In this document: positions 1 to 9,314 of the stretch, in pieces
Numbering within the stretch: the stretch's first letter is position 1
Layout: each line of letters opens with the position of its first letter
Assembly (NCBI GenBank): GCA_036787535.1
Contig: DAIQPD010000003.1
Location: 51,505-115,504, forward strand
From: Chryseolinea sp.
GTDB taxonomy: Bacteria > Bacteroidota > Bacteroidia > Cytophagales > Cyclobacteriaceae
DNA length: 64,000 nt
Reading direction: 5' to 3'
Position numbers and translations under genes: made by a program
Notes under the pieces: model-generated
Told to the model about the DNA's origin: nothing
Databases searched by the model: none
What the model saw: only the letters and a program-made list of their open reading frames with translations

Positions 1-1
1 C

Positions 2-1291
2 GGGCGCTTCATACCAAATATTGAAATGATGGACATGCCAGAGAAAGGTATTGGCGCAAATGCCTCACTGAAGTTTTTCGCACAAAACTTTGCTGATAAA
101 ATAACGAACAGCGCGGGACCAAGGTATTTTGGTTTTGTTACTGGTGGTTCTACTCCGGCATCTGTTGCTGGCGATTGGCTCGTGAGCACGTATGATCAAA
201 ATGCTTGTGGAAGCAACGATTCCATCGCGCCACAAATCGAACGACAAACGCTTTATTTCTTAAAACAACTTTTTGGTTTGGATGAAGCTTATTTTGGTTC
301 ATTCGTAACGGGTGCTACAATTTCTAATTTCACAAGTCTTGCGCAAGCACGTCAGTGGGTGGGTGAGCAACAAGGTATTGATTTTAGTCAGGAAGGATTG
401 TCGAGCGGAAAGCCTATTCAGATTTTAAGTGCAACACCACACTCCAGTATTTACAAATCATTATCGATGTTAGGTATCGGAAGAAATTCACTTGTCAAAA
501 TAGATACCTTACCCGATCGCGAAGCCATCGATATAACCAAACTCGAAAATTATCTCGAATCTAATCATGCTAATCAAGAAAATCCGCTAATCATAGTAGC
601 GAATTCAGGTACTGTAAATACAGTCGACTTCGATGATCTCGAAGCAATCGCAAAACTAAAACCAAAACACAATTTTTGGCTTCATGTCGATGCGGCCTTT
701 GGTGGTTTTGCCGGATGCTCACCCACCTTTGCTCATTATATAGAAGGTATCAATCATGCTGATAGTATTACCATCGATGCGCACAAGTGGTTGAATGTAC
801 CGTATGATGCCGCAATGCAGTTTACACGACATAGAAATATTCAGCTCAGTGTATTTCAAAACAGTGCTGCATACTTAGGCGATCCCGCACAGAGTCCTGA
901 TTTCTTTCATTACACACCCGAGAACTCCAGACGTTTTCGTGCATTACCCTCCTGGTTTACGTTGATGGCGTATGGAAAGGAAGGGCATCGTGAAATTGTA
1001 GAACGCAATTGTACATGCGCAAAACTATTTGGTAAAATGATCAGTAACTCATCAGAGTTTAAATTGCTGTCACCAGTTCGGATGAATGTGGTGTGCTTCA
1101 CATTCAACCAGGAAAATCCGGAGACAAGCGCTATAACAAAATTCCTGGCGAAGGTTAGAGATGACGGTCGCGCGTTTTTTACACCAACAAATTATAAAGG
1201 CGTGCCTGCAATACGTGCGGCTTTTAGCAATTGGTTAACCAATGAAGAGGATGTGAGCATCGCCATTCAGGCATTAAAAGAAAACTATTAG
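2..1291 (+). CDS. PLP-dependent (group II) amino-acid decarboxylase, 5' end outside window
   Basis: Reading frame is open from position 2 with no stop before the listed Met at 26. ITIDAHKWLNVPYD PLP-lysine motif and decarboxylase-like sequence throughout. Confidence 0.85.
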   Translation, partial: GRFIPNIEMMDMPEKGIGANASLKFFAQNFADKITNSAGPRYFGFVTGGSTPASVAGDWLVSTYDQNACGSNDSIAPQIERQTLYFLKQLFGLDEAYFGSFVTGATISNFTSLAQARQWVGEQQGIDFSQEGLSSGKPIQILSATPHSSIYKSLSMLGIGRNSLVKIDTLPDREAIDITKLENYLESNHANQENPLIIVANSGTVNTVDFDDLEAIAKLKPKHNFWLHVDAAFGGFAGCSPTFAHYIEGINHADSITIDAHKWLNVPYDAAMQFTRHRNIQLSVFQNSAAYLGDPAQSPDFFHYTPENSRRFRALPSWFTLMAYGKEGHREIVERNCTCAKLFGKMISNSSEFKLLSPVRMNVVCFTFNQENPETSAITKFLAKVRDDGRAFFTPTNYKGVPAIRAAFSNWLTNEEDVSIAIQALKENY

Positions 1292-1293
1292 GC

Positions 1294-1905
1294 ATGTACA
1301 CTGCAAAAATTAATCAAAATGAAAACAGAGAAGAACTTCTGGAGTTTATTCATGCTAATGGTTTTGCCATTTTAGTTAGCACGGTTGAAGGTAAGCCTTG
1401 GGCAACTCATGTTCCGCTTCTTCTATCACACGATAAGAAAAAGTTACAAGGGCATATTGCGAAAGGAAACAAACAATGGAAAGAGTGGAATGCAGATACA
1501 GAAGTACTCGCCATTTTTCAAGGACCTCATGCTTATATTTCTTCATCCTGGTACGATCATGAAAATGTATCGACATGGAATTATTTAGCCGTTCATGTTT
1601 ATGGGAAATTAAAAATCCAAACTGAACAAGAGTTATTGAATTCATTAAAAGATCTCACCGATAAGTATGAAAAGCAATCCGAAAAACCAGTCTCGGTTGA
1701 CCGCATGAATCCCGACTATGTAAAAAAACAAATGCTAGGCATAGTAGGTTTTGAAATTGAAATTTTGAAGATCGAGGCTACTTACAAGCTTTCTCAAAAT
1801 CGCGATTCGAAAAATCATGATGCAATCGTATCACAACTGGAAAAACTAGAAGACCACGGATCAAGGGCAATCGCAACAGAAATGAAAAAAGCAGGCCATT
1901 CATAG
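1294..1905 (+). CDS. FMN-binding negative transcriptional regulator, PaiB family
   Basis: 203 aa. YKLSQNR motif near the C-terminus is typical of PaiB. Starts 2 nt after the upstream stop. Confidence 0.8.
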   Translation: MYTAKINQNENREELLEFIHANGFAILVSTVEGKPWATHVPLLLSHDKKKLQGHIAKGNKQWKEWNADTEVLAIFQGPHAYISSSWYDHENVSTWNYLAVHVYGKLKIQTEQELLNSLKDLTDKYEKQSEKPVSVDRMNPDYVKKQMLGIVGFEIEILKIEATYKLSQNRDSKNHDAIVSQLEKLEDHGSRAIATEMKKAGHS

Positions 1906-2004
1906 CGAATTTCTTGAAATAAGTTATTCTATTAACCACTGAGAATTCCAGAAAATATACAAACATTACTACCTTTAAATCTCCAAACGGTAAACAAATA
2001 AAAC

Positions 2005-3072
2005 ATGACTATAACCAGCACAATTCCGATCAATCACATTGCGAAATCCAGAATCAATGAAGTTGATTTTAATAATCTGGAATTCGGAAAATATATTGCC
2101 GACCACATGGTCGTAGCCGATTTTAAAGATGGCAAATGGCACGAGCCTACTATCGTTCCATACGGTGATATGATGATGAGTCCTGCGATGTTATCGCTTC
2201 ACTATGGACAAGCCATCTTCGAAGGGATGAAAGCATTTTATATGAACGATGGTGCGATTAATATTTTCCGTCCACAGAAACATCATGCTCGCATGAACCG
2301 ATCTCTCGATCGTATGGTGATGCCACAGGTGAGTGAAGAAATGTTTATTCAATCTCTTCATACCTTAATTGAGCTTGATAAAAAGTGGATTCCAAAATCA
2401 GAAGGCTCATCGCTTTATGTTCGTCCTTTTATGTTTGCCTTCGAAGCAAAACTAGGCGTTAAGGTTGCGGACCATTTTAAATTCATCATCGTCAATAGTC
2501 CGGTAGCGGCTTATCAGGCAAAACCATATAGGTTGAAGGTAGAAGATCATTACGTTCGTACAGCAGAAGGTGGAACAGGCTTTGCAAAATGTGCCGGTAA
2601 TTATGGCGGTGCATTCTATCCAACACAAATTGCGCGCGAAGAAGGCTTCGACCAAATTCTTTGGACCGATCACAAAGAACATAAATACATTGACGAAGTG
2701 GGAATGATGAATGTAATGTTCGTCATCAATGGAAAATTAGTTACTCCTAAACTGACAACTGCCATTCTCGAAGGTATAACACGCGATTCAATTTTAACAC
2801 TTGCCAAAGATATGGGTGTATCTGTTGAAGAAAGAAGAGTGAGCCTCGATGAAATTGAAGAAGGTTTGAAAAACAAAACCATTACAGAAGCTTTCGGTAC
2901 AGGTACGGCTGCCGTAGTTGCACCGATCGCAGTAATTCGAATCAAAGGAAACGATCTTGAAATTCCAGCGGCTGGCGCTGACAGTTTCCAACAACGCGTA
3001 AAACAAAAATTGAATAACATCCGCATGGGCTCTGAACCAGATGTGCATGGATGGAATTACATTATTAAATAG
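2005..3072 (+). CDS. ilvE: branched-chain amino acid aminotransferase (fold type IV)
   Basis: 355 aa. FEGMKAF PLP-lysine context, GGTGxAK-type motif (EGGTGFAKCAGNYG), typical length. Confidence 0.9.
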   Translation: MTITSTIPINHIAKSRINEVDFNNLEFGKYIADHMVVADFKDGKWHEPTIVPYGDMMMSPAMLSLHYGQAIFEGMKAFYMNDGAINIFRPQKHHARMNRSLDRMVMPQVSEEMFIQSLHTLIELDKKWIPKSEGSSLYVRPFMFAFEAKLGVKVADHFKFIIVNSPVAAYQAKPYRLKVEDHYVRTAEGGTGFAKCAGNYGGAFYPTQIAREEGFDQILWTDHKEHKYIDEVGMMNVMFVINGKLVTPKLTTAILEGITRDSILTLAKDMGVSVEERRVSLDEIEEGLKNKTITEAFGTGTAAVVAPIAVIRIKGNDLEIPAAGADSFQQRVKQKLNNIRMGSEPDVHGWNYIIK

Positions 3073-3182
3073 TTACCAGTTGCCGATTTCCAGTTGCCTG
3101 TAGTGTGGGATTTGTGTGTGAGCATGCCCTCACCCAATCCCACACCACAGGAAACCGGCAGCTGGAAACTGGAAACCGTAAC
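3073..3182. repeat. about 110-nt imperfect palindrome (about 50-nt arms) starting right after the ilvE stop
   Basis: GTGTGGGATT (3103-3112) pairs perfectly with AATCCCACAC (3136-3145). Flanking CCAGTTGCC x2 on the left pairs with GGCAGCTGG / CTGGAAAC words on the right. Confidence 0.7.
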
Positions 3183-3235
3183 TGTCTTCATACGAAGAAC
3201 CGTCTGTCAAATTTTCAACATACTTGATACGTTAA

Positions 3236-4234
3236 ATGAAAGCCCTACTCTTCCACGGCAAAGATCATCCTATTGCCATTCAGGAAACAAAAAAACCAAA
3301 GCCCGTTAAAGATCAGGTATTAATCCGCATGCAACATGTGGCATTGAATCATCGTGACCTGTGGTTGATGAAAGAACATGCTCATCATTATCCAGATGGA
3401 ATAATTTTGGGCTCTGATGGTTGTGGTGTAATTGAAGATGTTGGTGAAGATGCTGATACGTTGCTGATCGGGATGGAAGTAATTATCAATCCGAGTTTGG
3501 AGTGGGGAAGTAATCCGATTGTGCAAGGCGACAATTTTAAGATATTGGGATTGCCCGATCACGGAACGTTTGCTGAATACATGGTGATTTCCAAAAAATA
3601 CATTTTCGAAAAACCTGAACATTTAACTTCTGAACAATCTGCGGCAGTCCCATTGTCAGGATTAACTGCCTATCGCGCATTGTTTTCGAAAGCGAGATTG
3701 CGTTCGAAGGAAAAAGTATTAATCACAGGTATAGGTGGCGGGGCTGCGCTGTGGGTATTGCAATTTGCTGTTGCGTATCAGGCAAGAGTCTATGTAACAT
3801 CAGGCTCAGATGAAAAAATAGAAAAAGCAAAAGCACTTGGTGCTGTTGGTGGCTTTAATTATAAAGATCCGGAGTGGGTTGCGAAAGCAAAGAAAGAAGC
3901 AGGTGGTTTTGATATTATCATCGACAGTGCTGGTGGCGATCAGTTTGGAAAACTAATTGATCTTGCCTTGCCAGGAGGACGCATTGTAAACTTTGGAAGA
4001 ACAGCAGGAAACATCACAGACGTATCAACCAACATGTTGTATTGGAAACAAATCTCCATTCATGGCACTACCATGGGAACGCGAGATGAATTTTTATCGA
4101 TGATTGATTTGCTGGAGAGTCGTAATGTAAAACCGGTGATTGATTCTGTATTTCCATTTGAAAAAATCATGGACAGCTTTGAACGAATGGAGAAGAGCGA
4201 TCAGTTTGGAAAGATTGTTTTGAAAATGAAATAA
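3236..4234 (+). CDS. zinc-type alcohol dehydrogenase / quinone oxidoreductase (MDR superfamily)
   Basis: 332 aa. GSDGCGVIEDVG catalytic-domain motif, ITGIGGGAALWVLQFA nucleotide-binding motif. Confidence 0.85.
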   Translation: MKALLFHGKDHPIAIQETKKPKPVKDQVLIRMQHVALNHRDLWLMKEHAHHYPDGIILGSDGCGVIEDVGEDADTLLIGMEVIINPSLEWGSNPIVQGDNFKILGLPDHGTFAEYMVISKKYIFEKPEHLTSEQSAAVPLSGLTAYRALFSKARLRSKEKVLITGIGGGAALWVLQFAVAYQARVYVTSGSDEKIEKAKALGAVGGFNYKDPEWVAKAKKEAGGFDIIIDSAGGDQFGKLIDLALPGGRIVNFGRTAGNITDVSTNMLYWKQISIHGTTMGTRDEFLSMIDLLESRNVKPVIDSVFPFEKIMDSFERMEKSDQFGKIVLKMK

Positions 4235-4236
4235 CG

Positions 4237-4644
4237 ATGAGCATTACCTATCGAAGTAATACTAAAATATCAACTGATCAATTCATTGATGTGTTGAGAC
4301 GTTCAACACTTTCTGAACGAAGGCCCGTTGATGATCGTGATCGGATTGAGAAAATGTTACAGCATGGTAACATCATCATTACAGCGTGGCAAGGAGATTT
4401 ACTCATTGGAATATCGCGTGCGCTGAGTGATTTTTCGTTTTGTTGCTACTTATCAGATCTGGCAGTTGACGAAGCATTTCAAAAACAAGGTATCGGTAAA
4501 GAATTAATTCGGTTAACGCATGAAGCTGCTGGTGATAATGCCATGCTCATCTTGTTAGCAGCACCGAAGGCCGTTAATTATTATCCAAGAATTGGGATGG
4601 AACAATTTAAAGAATGCTTCATCATCAAACGAAAAAGTAATTAG
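4237..4644 (+). CDS. GNAT family N-acetyltransferase
   Basis: 135 aa. FQKQGIGKELI acetyl-CoA binding motif. Starts 2 nt after the upstream stop. Confidence 0.8.
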   Translation: MSITYRSNTKISTDQFIDVLRRSTLSERRPVDDRDRIEKMLQHGNIIITAWQGDLLIGISRALSDFSFCCYLSDLAVDEAFQKQGIGKELIRLTHEAAGDNAMLILLAAPKAVNYYPRIGMEQFKECFIIKRKSN

Positions 4645-4685
4645 GTATCAGTTAGTAGAATTAATATCAAACAAAGTATCAAAAA

Positions 4686-5327
4686 ATGGAAAAATTCCCC
4701 CTCACTGACAAGAATCAAATCACTCGACTTCCAAAGCGTGGTGAGTACGACAAAGAAGTTGTGTACAAAATTTTAGATGAAGCATTAGTCTGTACACTGG
4801 CGTATGTTCGAGATGGACAACCGTTTCAAATTCCAACGGGCTTTTGCCGAATGGGAAACAAAGTTTACCTCCACGGATCAGTCGGTAGTTTTTATATGCG
4901 TGAGTTAGCAGAGAAAAAACTTCCGGTATGCATTAGTGTAACACACATTGATGGTTTGGTTTTGGCGCGATCAGCATTTCATCATTCTGTAAATTATCGT
5001 TCAGTGGTTTTGTTTAGTCATGCGGAAAAAGTAGAAGACCAGAATGAATTGTATGAAGCACTTGAAGTCTTCACCAATAAAATGCAACAAGGCAGATGGG
5101 AAGATGTGCGCAAACCAACTGCTGGCGAATGGAAAGCAACAATGGTGATTGCCTTCAACATTGAAGAGGCATCCGCCAAGATTCGCGTAGGCGGACCAAA
5201 AGATGATGACGAAGATTACGCATTAGACATTTGGGCAGGTGTTGTGCCCCTGAAGATACAACGCTTACCTGTTATTCCAGATGATGTCTTGAAAGATGGC
5301 ATTCCCGTACCTGAATATTTAAAATAA
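4686..5327 (+). CDS. pyridoxamine 5'-phosphate oxidase family (flavin-binding split barrel) protein
   Basis: 213 aa. Sequence pattern resembles the NimA/PNPOx-like family. The assignment is by resemblance only. Confidence 0.7.
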   Translation: MEKFPLTDKNQITRLPKRGEYDKEVVYKILDEALVCTLAYVRDGQPFQIPTGFCRMGNKVYLHGSVGSFYMRELAEKKLPVCISVTHIDGLVLARSAFHHSVNYRSVVLFSHAEKVEDQNELYEALEVFTNKMQQGRWEDVRKPTAGEWKATMVIAFNIEEASAKIRVGGPKDDDEDYALDIWAGVVPLKIQRLPVIPDDVLKDGIPVPEYLK

Positions 5328-5328
5328 T

Positions 5329-5820
5329 ATGTACTCCATTCACAAACATTTAACCTTCAACGTTTGGGCGAATACCAAAACGGCAGAAGTGCTGCGCAAT
5401 GTAGAAGACGGAATTTTCTTTAGAGAAAACAAAAGCAGTTTTCCTTCTATTGCCAAAACAGTAATTCACATGTGGGGAGCGCAATCCATTTGGCTAACGC
5501 GAATGCAGGGAACAAGTCTTACTACATTTCCGCATATAGAACTAAGAGATAAAATGGTTTCGTTGGACGGACTAGTAAAATCAGCGGAGGATATTCAAAA
5601 GTTTATTGAATCGAAAGACGAAGCCTTTCTTACTTCTACCTATGCCTACAAGAATATGAAAGGCGATCCCTTTGAGAATTCGTACGAAGAAACATTATTT
5701 CATGTAGTAAATCACAGTACCTATCATCGCGGACAAATCATTACCATGCTTCGTGATGCAGGAGTAACGAATGTTGTGGGCACGGATCTTATTCATTATT
5801 TAAGGACATTGAAGAAGTAA
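5329..5820 (+). CDS. DinB family protein
   Basis: 163 aa. Conserved His residues (VIHMWGAQ ... HVVNHSTYHRGQ) typical of the DinB four-helix bundle. Starts 1 nt after the upstream stop. Confidence 0.75.
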   Translation: MYSIHKHLTFNVWANTKTAEVLRNVEDGIFFRENKSSFPSIAKTVIHMWGAQSIWLTRMQGTSLTTFPHIELRDKMVSLDGLVKSAEDIQKFIESKDEAFLTSTYAYKNMKGDPFENSYEETLFHVVNHSTYHRGQIITMLRDAGVTNVVGTDLIHYLRTLKK

Positions 5821-5826
5821 AAAATT

Positions 5827-5951
5827 TTAAACCGCAGAGGGCGCAGAGAAACACAGAGTTAAATACAAAATATAGCAAACACTTTCTATAGTTATACACT
5901 CCCAATACTTCAACCAAACCCCCTGCGAACCTCTGCGTTCTCTGCGGTTAA
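5827..5951. repeat. about 125-nt MITE/REP-like element, copy 1 (CGCAGAG-word terminal inverted repeats)
   Basis: TTAAACCGCAGAGGGCGCAGAGAA at the left end, TTCTCTGCGGTTAA at the right end. The whole element recurs inverted at 44351-44470. Confidence 0.85.
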
Positions 5952-6088
5952 TTAAACAAGCTCATAAGAATGAAAATAGGCTCGATCCTGAAAACAATCA
6001 CATAGAAATCACAAGCTGATTTTTGTATCTTCGCCCTTGTTAGATAGTAAGTCTAACATCTCATGTCTAACTACTAACGTCTCATTCA

Positions 6089-6496
6089 ATGGAACAAAAT
6101 CGCAGAACTTTTCTTGCCACCACTGCAGTATTAACAGCAGGAGCAGCGTCTGGAATGTCACTCACAACTATGGATACAAAAGAAAAAAAACAACTCGCTC
6201 ATCACGTGTTCTTCTGGTTGAAGAACCCGGGTTCTAAAGAAGATCTAGAAAAACTGATCGCAGGCTTACGTACACTTGCAAAAATTGAAACCATCCGCAA
6301 GATCAACATTGGTGTACCTGCTTCAACAGAGGTGCGCCCCGTGGTGGACAATAGTTACAGCGCATCGGAGCTTATGCTTTTCGATGATCTCGAAGGGCAA
6401 AAAGTTTATCAGGATCATCCCATCCATCAAAAGTTTATTGCCGATTGCTCACACTTATGGGACAAGGTAATTGTGTATGATTCGATGGATGTGTAG
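6089..6496 (+). CDS. Dabb (stress-responsive alpha/beta barrel) protein with Tat signal
   Basis: 135 aa. [19 protein letters not shown] twin-arginine signal. HHVFFWLK ... DHPIHQKF is Dabb-like. Confidence 0.75.
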   Translation: MEQNRRTFLATTAVLTAGAASGMSLTTMDTKEKKQLAHHVFFWLKNPGSKEDLEKLIAGLRTLAKIETIRKINIGVPASTEVRPVVDNSYSASELMLFDDLEGQKVYQDHPIHQKFIADCSHLWDKVIVYDSMDV

Positions 6497-6517
6497 AACA
6501 TTTTTGCATCAATAGAG

Positions 6518-6547
6518 AAAAGCATTCTGGAAGGGATGCTTTTTTTT
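6518..6547 (+). terminator. rho-independent terminator
   Basis: AAAAGCAT / ATGCTTTT 8-bp stem, 10-nt loop, T-run 6540-6547. Lies 22 nt after the stop. Confidence 0.6.
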
Positions 6548-6623
6548 ATTATTGGAATAACCATGCGAAGGCATAGTGTTAATTTTTTAATACATTGTCT
6601 ACACTTTATATATAGATACTACT

Positions 6624-7553
6624 ATGAAACTCCGTCTAAAAGGCTTCGGGATAACGCTCGATTCTGAAAACGATATCGGTAGAAGAGTTTCTTTCTCAAA
6701 CATTGTATTCCTTGCCCTTCCTATAGTCTACCTTATTTTCATGCTCTTTGATATCAAATCTTACTTTCAACCCATAAAGAATCTACGATTCGATCAGTTT
6801 GTTGTTCCCATTATTATCGGTGTATGTATATTTTGTTTGTGGCTTAATAAAATAAAACAGACTACGCTAAGCCGTGTATTGTTTATTGTTGTATGGCCAG
6901 TACTCCTTCACCTTATTCCCATCATACTCTTACAAACTCCAGCTGATTATTATCTCGCATTTCCGATCGGTATCATTTTTCACTCTATTCTTATTCAACT
7001 TATTTTTTCTCAACGGGACGAAGCATTTCTGTTTTGGTTTTTTATTGTCGTTAATTTTATAACGATGATATTCGTTTTGGATATCCTTCTTCTTTTTGAT
7101 ACCGACTATGATGTTCCTAATGTATTAACCGAACATTCCTATTATGTGCTTGATGGAATTTTGTATTGGCTTCTTTTCAATTTGGTAACCTTCTACATGA
7201 TTCTTTCCATTGGTAAATATATAGAGAGGGTCAACACGGCTCGGAAATTAATTAATGGCCAAAAAGAAGAAATGGATATCCTCAATAAAAGTCTGGAAAG
7301 CAAAGTGACTGAGCGTACGTTAAAGCTTGAAGAACAAAACTTAAAACTACGTGAGCATGCATTTTACAATGCCCACTTGTTGCGTGGCCCTTTCTGTCGC
7401 GTGCAAGGATTGATACAACTCCAGGGGCTCGTAAGAAGTGATACAGAGAAAAATGAAATCGAAAGTATGTTAAAATATAGTATAGAAGAATTAGAAGGCC
7501 GCATTCGCGAAATTCAAAAAATTGTTGATAGTGAAAATGAATTGATTAGTTAG
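6624..7553 (+). CDS. multi-pass membrane protein with coiled coil and HisKA-like H-box but no ATPase domain
   Basis: 309 aa. Hydrophobic N-terminal about 200 aa, then LEEQNLKLREHAFYNAHLLRGPFCRVQGL (H-box-like). The ORF ends about 70 aa later. Confidence 0.65.
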   Translation: MKLRLKGFGITLDSENDIGRRVSFSNIVFLALPIVYLIFMLFDIKSYFQPIKNLRFDQFVVPIIIGVCIFCLWLNKIKQTTLSRVLFIVVWPVLLHLIPIILLQTPADYYLAFPIGIIFHSILIQLIFSQRDEAFLFWFFIVVNFITMIFVLDILLLFDTDYDVPNVLTEHSYYVLDGILYWLLFNLVTFYMILSIGKYIERVNTARKLINGQKEEMDILNKSLESKVTERTLKLEEQNLKLREHAFYNAHLLRGPFCRVQGLIQLQGLVRSDTEKNEIESMLKYSIEELEGRIREIQKIVDSENELIS

Positions 7554-7620
7554 CCGATCAGAATATTTGTGTTCGGCCTACCATCCTCAATTAACTGTAT
7601 AACATTCACCCCCTTAACAA

Positions 7621-8490
7621 ATGACTGATCCCACATCCAAAAATTATCCAAACGTTGCCCAAAGTTTTGGGATTGTCGGAATAGCAATATTGGCTATGAT
7701 CGTATTCACACCGGTTAACATCTTTCTGAATGATTTGATTGGTAAAGAAGCATCCATGTTCGTCTATTATGTCTTGTCAATGGGCTCTGTCTTTTGGCTT
7801 GTCGATCGCATGCGATGGAAACTAACAGGCGAAAGTCTGTATAGCGTAGGAATGGATTCAACGAAGATCATTGCATTAGTTTCCGTTGCTGTGTTAGGAA
7901 TTCAATTTGGTTTGGTATCGCCCATTATTAGTCTTATGCCAATGCCCGAGTTTATGCAAAAGATTTTTATGGAACTTGCAGGACAAAATGGAATATTCTC
8001 GATGCTGACCATTGTAATTGCAGCACCCATTCTAGAAGAATTAATTTTTAGAGGTATTATTCTTGATGGTCTCCTAAAAAAATACTCGCCCATCAAATCG
8101 ATACTCATCTCAAGTGCTCTTTTTGGTATTGTTCATTTAAATCCGTGGCAATTTGTTACAGCAATGGCCATCGGAATTCTTTCAGGCTGGGTGTATTATA
8201 AAACGCACAACTTGTTGTTATGCATAATCATTCACCTTGTAAACAATCTGAGCGCCTTTGCCAGTATGCAATTTATGGATGCGGAAGAGATGATGAATTC
8301 AGATTTAACAGAGCAATATGGAGGATTGATGAATGTAATCATCATTACTGCCGGAGCATTAGTACTAGCCGGAAGCGCATTAGCTCTTTTACATTATGAA
8401 TTCAAAAAGAGAGAAATCAATGATATGAGTAATCATGATGATTCAGTTGGAAGTGGTGAGTCAGCGCTTGATGATAATACGTTAAGTTAA
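7621..8490 (+). CDS. CPBP family intramembrane glutamic endopeptidase (CAAX protease-like)
   Basis: 289 aa. EELIFRG and FGIVHL motifs, HLVNN third motif. Confidence 0.85.
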   Translation: MTDPTSKNYPNVAQSFGIVGIAILAMIVFTPVNIFLNDLIGKEASMFVYYVLSMGSVFWLVDRMRWKLTGESLYSVGMDSTKIIALVSVAVLGIQFGLVSPIISLMPMPEFMQKIFMELAGQNGIFSMLTIVIAAPILEELIFRGIILDGLLKKYSPIKSILISSALFGIVHLNPWQFVTAMAIGILSGWVYYKTHNLLLCIIIHLVNNLSAFASMQFMDAEEMMNSDLTEQYGGLMNVIIITAGALVLAGSALALLHYEFKKREINDMSNHDDSVGSGESALDDNTLS

Positions 8491-8796
8491 ACCCTGTCAT
8501 TGTTTGTGTTCTTCACTCTCCTTGCATTTTTTAAGCTTGGAAATTATGCTCAATTCAATTTTCTAATTCATAATAAAGTGTGTTTAGTATTTGATTTCAA
8601 AATGAATTTAAGCGTAGACAATGAACACTAGCATGAGCACGTATTTTTCTTTCTACTATTTGTTAATTATTGTTAACTGAACAACCTAAGCCAAACCGTT
8701 CCGTTCGTAAACTGGATTGAGAAAGACCGGTTAATTTTTAAATCGACCCTTTACTTTACTCAATAATCATTAAAACATCTTATCCAAACCTGAATT

Positions 8797-9264
8797 ATGA
8801 AAACCAACATTGTAGTACTGGGAGTCCTTGTATTTACTTTATCACAGTGTCAGCAAGCCTCCAAGACAGACCTTACAAAAAGTGAAATGATTAAAATAGT
8901 AAAGGCTCTCGACAATCAATTTAGTGTTGGCGTTCAAAAAAAAGACTCGGTATTTCTGACTAATATCTATTCTGATAGTGCACAATACGTGCAACCCAAC
9001 AGAACAATACTGTTTGGGAAAGCTGAGATTGAAAAAGATTGGAGCGGGTTCCTGAAATTAAAAGAAGAACCCATTGATCTGGTTTTAAACATTCATCACG
9101 TAGATGGAAATCGGGAAATTATCTACGAAACGGGTGATGGTTATACTTTGTTAGCCGATTCAACAAGATGGAATTTCAACTATGTAAATGTTTGGCGCTT
9201 ACAAAAAGATGGTGTATACAAATTGGAAATAGATACCTACACTCCGTTAGATATTGTGGAGTAA
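8797..9264 (+). CDS. SnoaL-like / NTF2-fold (DUF4440-like) secreted protein
   Basis: 155 aa with signal peptide and Cys (TLSQC). Size and pattern resemble the NTF2-like fold. Confidence 0.55.
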   Translation: MKTNIVVLGVLVFTLSQCQQASKTDLTKSEMIKIVKALDNQFSVGVQKKDSVFLTNIYSDSAQYVQPNRTILFGKAEIEKDWSGFLKLKEEPIDLVLNIHHVDGNREIIYETGDGYTLLADSTRWNFNYVNVWRLQKDGVYKLEIDTYTPLDIVE

Positions 9265-9314
9265 CAATAGTCGGTGTTTTTCTAATTTTGAAAGAGGCTT
9301 TGTTCGAGCATTCA

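Noticed and set aside
3094-3309. 71-aa ORF in the ilvE downstream region
   Set aside because: It is translated straight through the 110-nt palindrome and overlaps the start of the well-supported oxidoreductase gene at 3236. The composition is not protein-like, so it is probably an artefact of the repeat.
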